Assembly (NCBI GenBank): GCA_947451925.1
Contig: CANGAW010000015.1
Location: forward strand, 13,625 to 45,624
Length of the DNA: 32,000 bases
Direction: 5' to 3'
From: Burkholderiales bacterium
GTDB taxonomy: Bacteria; Pseudomonadota; Gammaproteobacteria; Burkholderiales; Burkholderiaceae_D
Position 1 is the stretch's first letter. Each line of letters begins with the position of its first letter. Positions 17,024 to 24,715 of this stretch are shown piece by piece. The notes under the pieces were generated by a model that was not told where the DNA came from, did no database searches, and saw nothing but the letters and a program-made list of their open reading frames with translations. Made by a program: the position numbers and the translations under genes.

Positions 17024-17484
17024 TTTTTAACTGTATATTTTGTAGTCTAAATCCCACAGAATTCAGCGCAAATTTATTGCGAATTTCGTAGGCCGCTAAC
17101 AAAAGCTCAAAGCAGCCCTACAAGCTGTTTGTGCAGTTCCTGCTACCCAATACTCCAGCACTGCTTTAGCTGCTTGTGTGCTTATTTATAGCCCGTGCGT
17201 TCGAGGATGTACGCTTATTGAGGGCGTACTGGGGCATTTGTGGGAAAGCTGAAATCAATCTCTGCTTGATTTTGTTTAGCTCTGTGCTGGTTATGAGAGA
17301 AGCAATGGGAGCGAACCTGCAGTTCGCTAATGATTTCGCAGATCACGTTCGCTTTCGCTCACTTATCTGCTCATCATTGGTTTTTTATATTTTTAGATTT
17401 TTAAATCTCAGAATCATGAAAATCATATAAAGATTAGATTTAATGATTAAGGGTTTATGTATCCTTCGATAGATTCAAGACACA

Positions 17485-17515
17485 CTGAGCCTTAAGCAAC
17501 AGGCTCAGTTTTTTT
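17485..17515 (+). terminator. rho-independent terminator in ORF-less DNA
   Basis: CTGAGCC-ttaagcaaca-GGCTCAG followed by TTTTTTT. No credible CDS lies upstream on the + strand. Confidence 0.6.
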
Positions 17516-18047
17516 GTGGACGATCATTCGATGAGTTCGTAGCCACAGCACTTCGGCACAACCTGAATTCAGGTAAGGGCGGTTTCGCGGTCTCCTTTTA
17601 TGTGCAGCTGATGAAACGCAACCATTGTGAAAGCCGAAGTGCCGACTGTCACTGGTTTGCAAGTTGCCGTGTTAAGCAGGGCTTGCTCGTGACGCACAGG
17701 CGTGTGCCTGCCGTCTTTGTGCTGAATGATTGCTCCTTGCGTTAATCGGCCTGCAACAGCCAACAGCATCCCTGTGGGTTAGTAACGCTAAGTCTCTGCT
17801 ACCTCTCAGAATTTCCGTCCCTGCGAACATGTTTGACCAGGTTTAGGGCGCCAGTTAGCTGAGGGCGCTGCTCATTATCGGTAGTGATGTGTGCCGCAGG
17901 CTTTTCCTCTGGCTTGCGGCTACGTTTATTTATGCATCACCAAAGATCTCGTGAATTTTCCCGACATTTTCATAGGCATTTTCCCGGTCGACCTTTGGCA
18001 TAAATGGTAATAAATTAGTAACTCCAATAACCTAAACAGGAGGAGTT

Positions 18048-18488
18048 ATGTCCGTACTTAATTCGCTAAAACTGGTGGAAAGCCGCAAAAACACTAGACT
18101 TTCGCCTATCGTCCAGCGTCGTTATAAATTAGTTAATAAGTTGCATGAGCAGCTGGAGCTGTGCGAAGCCAGAAAAGCAGGACAGACCTACGCACCTAAG
18201 AAAATCAAGACCATCAAAAATCCAGCAACGGGAGAAAGCACAACCGTAGAAGCTGTGAAGCGGGTCAAAGAGTGGTTCTGGACCAACGATGCTGGCAAAA
18301 TCAACCTTGCTGTGAAATACGGTAGTCAAGTGCTGAGCTTTGCCAAGGGCAAGAACGCAATTGAAGTTGCAACAGCAGATGATTTGATTGCAGCACTTAA
18401 GGCGCTCAAGGACGCAGTTATTGCAGGTGAGCTTGATGCTCAGATTGAAGCCGTAAGTGGAGCGCTGAAAGCGGGGTTCGTTAAATAG
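18048..18488 (+). CDS. hypothetical protein (146 aa), basic N-terminal half
   Basis: Strong RBS AGGAGG 5 nt before the ATG. Clean ORF, no family recognised. Confidence 0.65.
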   Translation: MSVLNSLKLVESRKNTRLSPIVQRRYKLVNKLHEQLELCEARKAGQTYAPKKIKTIKNPATGESTTVEAVKRVKEWFWTNDAGKINLAVKYGSQVLSFAKGKNAIEVATADDLIAALKALKDAVIAGELDAQIEAVSGALKAGFVK

Positions 18489-18508
18489 CCCGCTGAATTT
18501 GAGAAATA

Positions 18509-18554
18509 AAGCAGTTCGCGCGATCTTCGTTATGCATCATCGCGCTTGCTGCTT
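18509..18554 (-). terminator. imperfect hairpin plus T-rich tail downstream of the 262-aa acidic protein gene
   Basis: AAGCAGttcGCGCGAT-14 nt-ATCGCGCttgCTGCTT. On the minus strand it is followed by TTTATTTCTC. Confidence 0.45.
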
Positions 18555-18558
18555 GCTA

Positions 18559-19347
18559 CTATTCGAGTTTCAATTCAAATGGAAGAGGCCGTTCATAGAG
18601 ACTGATATAGCGTCGCAGGTTTTCCAAGATTTTTTCTTTGATCAGTGGAGCATCATCAGTATTTTCCTCAAGATTTTCGCTTTCATCAAGATCTTCCTCA
18701 TTCTCCTCATCTGCGTTCATGCTGAGGTTTTTGAAATTTCCTTCTGTTATTTCTTTCAGTTCATCGCAAATACAATTTGCAGCGTAAGGAAAGCTATCGT
18801 TTGAATCGAAAAATTTCTCTCCATCTGGCGATAGACACCAATGATACATTTCGAAAAGCTTCTCTTGTTGATCAGAAAATTTCAGTAGATGCGCGATTAT
18901 CGCTTGCTCTGGCTCGATTCCTTTGAAGTCAAAATTTTCTAAGCTAAGTTTAATCAGCCAGCTTCCGAGTAATTTTTCAGGAGTATTCTTTTCAAATAAA
19001 AATCTGATAATTTTTTCAAATAAATATTCAGGGTCTTCATATTCGTCAAATGTGAAACATAGATTGCTCAAGACGTCATATATGGGTTTTTGATCATTTA
19101 TGTGATGCATCCCGCAGAGCTGTAACTCATCGTCGAAAACAAAATCTCCGATATACAATCGTTGCTCGACTCCATCTACACTCAAGTGCACAATCAGAAA
19201 TGCCTCATCACGATTAAAAACCAGTCCCGCTCTATACCAGATGCGTTTCATTTCCGAAATTACTTCATCATAGCTTGACGCACTGAAGTAAGCCGACTGG
19301 CCGGATCCTTTATATTGAAAAGATGCCTCCACTTCAAACTGAATCAT
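18559..19347 (-). CDS. acidic hypothetical protein with poly-acidic C-terminal segment
   Basis: Start preferred at ATG 19347 (MIQFEVE...) because GGAG lies 5 nt upstream. The track start at 19359 lacks an RBS. C-terminal NADEENEEDLDESENLEENTDD. Confidence 0.6.
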   Translation of the reverse strand: MIQFEVEASFQYKGSGQSAYFSASSYDEVISEMKRIWYRAGLVFNRDEAFLIVHLSVDGVEQRLYIGDFVFDDELQLCGMHHINDQKPIYDVLSNLCFTFDEYEDPEYLFEKIIRFLFEKNTPEKLLGSWLIKLSLENFDFKGIEPEQAIIAHLLKFSDQQEKLFEMYHWCLSPDGEKFFDSNDSFPYAANCICDELKEITEGNFKNLSMNADEENEEDLDESENLEENTDDAPLIKEKILENLRRYISLYERPLPFELKLE

Positions 19348-19591
19348 TCGAGCTCCCATGTAAAGTTTGTGTAATTGAAATAGAAATCATGTGCAGTTTC
19401 CAGCTTTCCATTCAAGCGTATCAGAACATTCTCAAGGGCGCCGCTGGCGCCCGGTGGCCGGTGCTGGAGGCAATGGCGGCAGTCAGCGGAGCGACAAGCC
19501 GAAGATGACAGCCGTCCGTGACGGCGTGCTTTGGAATTGAGGTGGCCCGACTCTGAAAGCAGTCCGTGACTGCGAGCTTTGGAAGAGGCAG

Positions 19592-19831
19592 GTGTGCGAA
19601 GCACTGATCGATCTGGCGGGGCCGCTGGCCGATGAGCCAGATCGACTTGGATTAAATACTTGTATGAAAATCCATGAGATCACTACAAAACCCAAAGCAC
19701 CGTTAACCCCGGATCAAGCTAAAATCGCGGCATTAAAAGCACAAGCCAAGCGTAGCCAAGATGCAGTAAAGGCAGAGCGGGCACGACAGAAGTTACAGGC
19801 TGGGCAACAAGCTTTGAATCTCATCAAATGA
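19592..19831 (+). CDS. small hypothetical protein (79 aa from GTG 19592, or 55 aa from ATG 19666)
   Basis: AGAGG lies 3 nt before the GTG. The C-terminal half is a Lys/Ala/Gln-rich helix-like stretch. The 5' part overlaps the GC-rich structured islet, so the coding status of that part is uncertain. Confidence 0.3.
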   Translation: MCEALIDLAGPLADEPDRLGLNTCMKIHEITTKPKAPLTPDQAKIAALKAQAKRSQDAVKAERARQKLQAGQQALNLIK

Positions 19832-19848
19832 ATAAAAAATTATTGCTG

Positions 19849-20481
19849 CTATTTTGTAATAGTAAAATTTTTATTTGATATTTTTGCTTTGATTATTACT
19901 ATTTTTGGGTCGATTGTTTTAGCTAAATCTTGAATCTTTTGAGTTGGTATTTCACAGCGGCAACCAAGAATTATCTCTACAGGTCGAATTTCATCGGAAA
20001 ATTCTTGAAAATAATTTCCATTCTCTTTCGTTGATATATCTAATTCGCAAAAAACTCTCCACTCATCCTCATATTTCCAGTTCTTAAATTTTCGTCTAAT
20101 TATTTGATCGAGTGTTTGTTGATTAGGCTTTGCAATTCCTGTAATTTTATCTTTTGGTATGCTAATTAGGTCATCTGAATACTTTACTTTGCAAGGAAGA
20201 TGATTAGTTATCTCAAAACCTAAACAAATTCCTAGATGCTTGTCGCCGTAATGCCCCCATAAGACAGGATTAGACCATCCTGAAGAAAAACAGATTAAGC
20301 CTTTCGTCTCATCGATTTGGTTTTTGAAATTTACTAATGCAGTATGGTCTCTAGGATCAGTTCTATTAACTGCCAGTAATTCGAAAGGATCGTTGAGCTC
20401 GGAAAATCGAGAAATTTTCAATCTTCTCAAAGACAAGTTGGAAATTGCAAAGTGAGCTGACGTGAAATAATAAAGTTTCAT
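19849..20481 (-). CDS. DUF2971-family protein
   Basis: N-terminal MKLYYFTSAHFAISNLSLRRLKISRFSELNDPFE, then ...ICFSSGWSNPVLWGHYGDKHLGICLGF, match my recollection of DUF2971 conserved blocks. The ATG lies 1 nt after the upstream stop (TAAgATG). Confidence 0.65.
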   Translation of the reverse strand: MKLYYFTSAHFAISNLSLRRLKISRFSELNDPFELLAVNRTDPRDHTALVNFKNQIDETKGLICFSSGWSNPVLWGHYGDKHLGICLGFEITNHLPCKVKYSDDLISIPKDKITGIAKPNQQTLDQIIRRKFKNWKYEDEWRVFCELDISTKENGNYFQEFSDEIRPVEIILGCRCEIPTQKIQDLAKTIDPKIVIIKAKISNKNFTITK

Positions 20482-20482
20482 C

Positions 20483-20980
20483 TTAAGCTCTCAGGGCTGC
20501 CAGCGTGACCAACCCATGTAGTTCTTCTATTGCTGACTCAGATCCAATCAACTCAACTTCAATATTGCGACGCCAGGTTTTTATTCTTATCTTGGCTGAT
20601 TTTTGCGTGTTCTTGGCTTGATACTCAACGTCGTACTGTGGAATGGTTTCACCATCAGGTATGGCAGATCTTATGGTCGTATGAAATTCTCGAGCAATAT
20701 CGCCAGATAACTCCCATGCAGATTCAGCAGCTGCCACAGCCAGCTTGTACTGTTTTTGAATGATCGCATTAGTGACTGAGGTTGATAGTCCTTTGGCCTC
20801 AGGTAGTTCATCAGATAAAACCAAGCCTTTTTTAATATCAGCTAATAGCTTTTTATAAAAGTTGATTTTGCCGTGCGCATCCCAACAAAGATCAAATGCG
20901 ATGTTGGCGTAATTTTCAAAGAAGTCTTTGAGTTCATCCTGCGTGGCAGATATTCCGGTCATGGCTCGAGGTCTAGTCAT
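20483..20980 (-). CDS. hypothetical protein (165 aa; alternative start ATG 20962), upstream partner of the DUF2971 gene
   Basis: Clean ORF that begins 17 nt after the integrase stop. Translationally coupled to the DUF2971 gene. No family recognised. Confidence 0.6.
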   Translation of the reverse strand: MTRPRAMTGISATQDELKDFFENYANIAFDLCWDAHGKINFYKKLLADIKKGLVLSDELPEAKGLSTSVTNAIIQKQYKLAVAAAESAWELSGDIAREFHTTIRSAIPDGETIPQYDVEYQAKNTQKSAKIRIKTWRRNIEVELIGSESAIEELHGLVTLAALRA

Positions 20981-20996
20981 TTTCTATGCCTGTCAA

Positions 20997-22388
20997 TTAG
21001 TTGGAATTACTGCCGCGAGTGCGGCGCAGGGCTTCTTGCAACTCACTTGTTGCCGTTGGGTTTTGCATTACCAATGCAAGCGATAGACCGGTGCTGAGTT
21101 CTGCAAAGTGCATGAGGTTGTCATTGGGACTCTGATTCATGATGCGAGTAATTGCAGCTTCATCAGTGCCAGCTTCGCCGCGCCCTGAGAACTTGTCGGC
21201 GTTAAGCAGGGGATTCAAATGATTGTAATGCTTGGCAATCATTGTGGCGCTGGTGCGAACCTGTTGTTGGATTTGCTCAGCAGTTAAGCCTTTGGTGACT
21301 AACTGAGTGATTGCGTAGTGTCTAAGGCTATAAAGAGTACGCTCTTCGCCAGTAATAGTGCAGACCAATAGTTCAGAGTCTTCTAGCAGTTGTTTGAACT
21401 GCTTGGTAAATGTCTCAGGCTGTTTGCCATCACTCATTCTGAATAAGCGCAGCGGATGTTTTTCTTTTAGTACTTCATTCAGAGTTTTGTCTTTGAACTC
21501 AGGAGCTAACTGTCTTAGCTTTTCTAAGTAAAGCCAGCAACTGCGATGAAGTACTGCGCCTTGTTTGGTGTTCTTCTTGGCAGTCTTGCCGTGTTGGATA
21601 TTGGCATACAACACAGGCTCACCTGCGATCTCATGCACTTCAATGTGCCGCCATTCCAATAACTCCATCTCTGTACCTGTACGCATTCCTGTAGTGGCCG
21701 CAAACGGCACATATACAGCCAACAATTCGCGAATCATGCGTGTGCGACCTGCGCGACCACTCTCAACCCAGCTGGGCAAGTAGGCCAGTAGCCGTTCCAT
21801 TTCACTGTGGCTGAAGTCCGGTCGTCTGCCTGCGGCGGGTCCTGTATTTTTGAGAGTGGGGCGTTGACTTGAATTCATGTAGCCGCGCTCAACAGCTAGA
21901 TCAAACACAAGATTCAATGCGGCGTTGTGGTTGGCTTGGGCGCTGTGGCTCAGCTCACGACCAACTTTCTGTCGTCGCCACTCGCAGAAGGCGTTGAAGA
22001 CCTCTTGGGTGATCCCATTGATGTTGTAACTGCCAAAGTAGGGCACAAGATAGCCACGAAGTGCAGACAGATAATCGTTGTTGCTACCGCGTCGGGTTTT
22101 GTCTGCATCTACTTTGGCTTGCAGATCTGCTTGGACTATCTCAGCCACTGCTTTGAAACGTTTGGAGATAACTGCCTGACCATTCTTGGCTAATATGCGA
22201 GCTTCCATCCAGAGTTCTTCCGCAATGGCCTTAGCATCAGCGAGTTCGGTCTTCTTGGTGGCCTTACGAATCCATTTGCCCAGTTGATCCACTTTGTAGT
22301 GCGCTTGCCAGTACTGACTATCGGCTCGGCGAACGAGTCGAATTGCATGTTCTTTAACTACTATGGTTTCGTCGGATTTATGGCGCAC
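20997..22388 (-). CDS. int: tyrosine-type integrase of the tRNA-Asn island (GTG start)
   Basis: 463-aa ORF. Arg I region ATTGMRTGTEMELLEWRHI, then LYSLRHYAITQLV and the Tyr nucleophile region MIAKHYNHL. Oriented like the tRNA. Confidence 0.85.
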   Translation of the reverse strand: MRHKSDETIVVKEHAIRLVRRADSQYWQAHYKVDQLGKWIRKATKKTELADAKAIAEELWMEARILAKNGQAVISKRFKAVAEIVQADLQAKVDADKTRRGSNNDYLSALRGYLVPYFGSYNINGITQEVFNAFCEWRRQKVGRELSHSAQANHNAALNLVFDLAVERGYMNSSQRPTLKNTGPAAGRRPDFSHSEMERLLAYLPSWVESGRAGRTRMIRELLAVYVPFAATTGMRTGTEMELLEWRHIEVHEIAGEPVLYANIQHGKTAKKNTKQGAVLHRSCWLYLEKLRQLAPEFKDKTLNEVLKEKHPLRLFRMSDGKQPETFTKQFKQLLEDSELLVCTITGEERTLYSLRHYAITQLVTKGLTAEQIQQQVRTSATMIAKHYNHLNPLLNADKFSGRGEAGTDEAAITRIMNQSPNDNLMHFAELSTGLSLALVMQNPTATSELQEALRRTRGSNSN

Positions 22389-22457
22389 TAACTAATTTTA
22401 TAAAAAAGTTTTTGTTTGGTCGACCGAATTCTTTGTTCGGGTGTTGGTATAAATTTA

Positions 22458-24329
22458 TCAATCTGGATAATTTGTAATTCGCTTGCAAATGTTATTCATT
22501 AAGCTGGTTATTTTTTCTGACGTATACGAATCAAGATGATCAATTTTTAATTCGTTAGAATTAACTTTTTGCATAAACTTAAGCGCCTGTATAGCTTTGG
22601 ATGCACCGTGTGATTTTGCCCAAGCTGAGTTGGCATTGTTTCCGCTTATTAAGAGAGATTCATCTTCAAGAATAAATTTTTTATAATCTCTATTGGAAAA
22701 TACATCTTCAATTCCGTGGCATTCATTTATCTTGTACATTCTTTGCGAAGCCCAATCGTGATCATCGGCAAACATGTCCCGTTTTATTGAGTTAAATACT
22801 TTGCGCGCACTTGGTTCATCGTCGAGAATAATTATGAATTGCAGCCCCCATCCTAAAAATAGATTCGCGAAATTTTGTACATTAGACGTACCAGTAGCTG
22901 GAAGGTAATTTATTTCAACTGTTTGATTGGTTAATTTATGAAATGCAGTTAAAAAATAAAAACAGCTTAATTCCTCAAGGATGACATTATTTGTACTTTT
23001 AATTGTCGTTTGTCTAGAAAAAGAGGCTCCCATACTTGCGAGAATTGGACTTAGAGTATCTGAAGAGGCCGCGCCCAAGGCATGGGCGCCAATAACCTTT
23101 GTAGGATTTCCTTCTTCTTTTTCATCTCTTTCGACTGCTAATATTCTTTGAAAATGTGTTTCACTAATTAAATTTGGGCTATGAGTAGAATAAATTACGC
23201 CTATTTCATTTTTTATACTTTCAAGAAGCTTCAAGACATCTCTCTGAGCTTTTTCATGCAAATTTGCTCCAGGTTCATCAAGCAAAAATATAAGATTTTT
23301 TTTCTGAATTTGCGAAGAGAAAAGCTGAAGAAAGAAAGAAATAAACCACCGAGTTCCTCTACTTCGTTGTTGCGGATACAGTGGATCGGAACTGTCTGAA
23401 ATCAGAAATTGCAGATATGGCTTCCCTGTTTTTTCATTGCCGGTAGGGTAGTGATGGATAGAGCATTGAATCTCAAGCTTACTATTTGTGCCTATTGTCT
23501 GGCTCCAGAATTTCCGGAATTCTTCAGTTAATTTTTTATTCGCAGATTTAAGAGTCGCCTCTCTAGCTCTCGGATCACTTTTTACTAGATCACTCAAATC
23601 TATTTTTGAAATAACAAGAAAATTCTCGGCAGCATTTTTTCCATCGGAGATGGCAAGCTGATTTTCGTCAGTTATGTCAACAGAGTTGGGTAGTAATCCA
23701 AATTTTTCTTCAAAGAGGACAAAGGTGGGGGCGAGTTTAAACAACTTGTCGCGGATTTTGTCCGATATTTCTTCTACGTTCTGATTTATAGCTTCTGGTG
23801 TTGAGTTGGTTAATTCAGGTGATGGTGATGTATGTTCTTGGCTATCAGCTGAAATTTCTGATATTTCTTTGCTGTTAGCGTTTTTTTGGGCTAATTCAAT
23901 ATTTTCCCTAATTTTTACTATACTTTCAGCTATATTGATATTTTCTATCTCCCAATGAGAGTCATAAATTTTGGGATCTGTTGAATTTTTGTGAAAGCTA
24001 AAATGCCAATTTAATTTATAGTTAATATTTTTAAATTGCTCCAGTAACTGGTTTTTAGTATGACTATCTTCAATCTGTGTTAAAGCCGAACTTAATTCGA
24101 TTTCAGTTAATTCGGTTGTAATGAAGATTTCTGGTAAAGGGTGCCCATGTCTAAGATCGTTATCTGCGATTGATTGGTTTGAGAAAGTTTTTGCCAGTGC
24201 TTCCAAAATTGCAGTTTTGCCGGATTCATTTTGACCAACGATAGCTGTAATGCCGTCCATTGAAAAATAAATTGCTCCTGTGTCAAGGATCGAGCGAAAA
24301 TTTTTTATTTGGAAGCTCAGTGGTCTCAT
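22458..24329 (-). CDS. OLD-family ATP-dependent nuclease-like protein (ABC-type ATPase N-domain + Toprim-like C-domain), class-1 (stand-alone) layout
   Basis: Walker A GQNESGKT. A long helical insertion precedes the signature/Walker B region (RGTRWFISFFL...LIFLLDEPGANLHEKAQ...YSTHSP). C-terminal Toprim-like blocks NVILEELSCFYFL, LPATGTSN and FIIILDDEP. ATG 24329 with a GGAG RBS is preferred over the TTG at 24365. Confidence 0.7.
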   Translation of the reverse strand: MRPLSFQIKNFRSILDTGAIYFSMDGITAIVGQNESGKTAILEALAKTFSNQSIADNDLRHGHPLPEIFITTELTEIELSSALTQIEDSHTKNQLLEQFKNINYKLNWHFSFHKNSTDPKIYDSHWEIENINIAESIVKIRENIELAQKNANSKEISEISADSQEHTSPSPELTNSTPEAINQNVEEISDKIRDKLFKLAPTFVLFEEKFGLLPNSVDITDENQLAISDGKNAAENFLVISKIDLSDLVKSDPRAREATLKSANKKLTEEFRKFWSQTIGTNSKLEIQCSIHHYPTGNEKTGKPYLQFLISDSSDPLYPQQRSRGTRWFISFFLQLFSSQIQKKNLIFLLDEPGANLHEKAQRDVLKLLESIKNEIGVIYSTHSPNLISETHFQRILAVERDEKEEGNPTKVIGAHALGAASSDTLSPILASMGASFSRQTTIKSTNNVILEELSCFYFLTAFHKLTNQTVEINYLPATGTSNVQNFANLFLGWGLQFIIILDDEPSARKVFNSIKRDMFADDHDWASQRMYKINECHGIEDVFSNRDYKKFILEDESLLISGNNANSAWAKSHGASKAIQALKFMQKVNSNELKIDHLDSYTSEKITSLMNNICKRITNYPD

Positions 24330-24398
24330 ATGCTCCACATCCTTTTTTATGTAGACCTTAAGCAATTTACTTAGGGTTGGATTGTTTCATTTAAATAT

Positions 24399-24584
24399 CT
24401 ACTTGATTTGGTGGAATTTTCTTAGATTTATATCATTTGTGCCAATAGCAGGTGCAGCCAAATCAGTTTGGATGCCTACTACATTGACATTGTAGTGTGC
24501 TTGCCAGTACTGACTGTCGGCTCGGCGAACGAGTCGAATCGCATGTTCTTTAACTACTATGGTTTCATCAGATTTCTGGCGCAT
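24399..24584 (-). pseudogene. integrase N-terminal remnant (first about 31 codons homologous to int, then unrelated)
   Basis: MRQKSDETIVVKEHAIRLVRRADSQYWQAHY... compares with MRHKSDETIVVKEHAIRLVRRADSQYWQAHY... of the 463-aa integrase. The DNA repeat 24490-24584 versus 22294-22388 has 7 mismatches in 95 by my alignment. Confidence 0.8.
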
Positions 24585-24660
24585 TCGCCAAGTATATGAT
24601 ACTTAAGGTTTTTAATCAACCTTGAACAAAACGTGCAATAACCGTGTAATTGAAAATCCA

Positions 24661-24696
24661 ACAAAAAAGCACTTGGCTTTTAGGGCGCAAGTGCTT
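24661..24696 (-). terminator. rho-independent terminator of the expressed tRNA-Asn (island-side DNA)
   Basis: Minus strand reads AAGCACTTG-cgccctaaaagc-CAAGTGCTT followed by TTTTTTGT. Confidence 0.6.
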
Positions 24697-24715
24697 GATT
24701 TTCTTACAGATTCTT

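Noticed and set aside
17176-17769. ORFs 17176..17430 (+, TTG start) and 17569..17769 (-) in the ORF-less region
   Set aside because: They have no RBS, odd composition and no motifs. The region is better explained as non-coding structured DNA. It remains possible that one encodes a small protein.
17015-17946. 8-bp inverted match CTTTGGTG / CACCAAAG as inverted repeats of a fimS-like invertible 0.9-kb switch
   Set aside because: An 8-mer inverted match within 1 kb is expected by chance. Only the 17/18-bp direct repeat and the local palindrome are statistically notable. Inversion is left as a testable possibility, not a call.
16926-22426. Recurrent GGTCGACC palindrome (about 16928, 17987, 22417) as possible recombination or restriction-related sites
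   Set aside because: There are three copies of an 8-bp palindrome in 5.5 kb with no shared flanks. I cannot distinguish this from chance without genome-wide counts.
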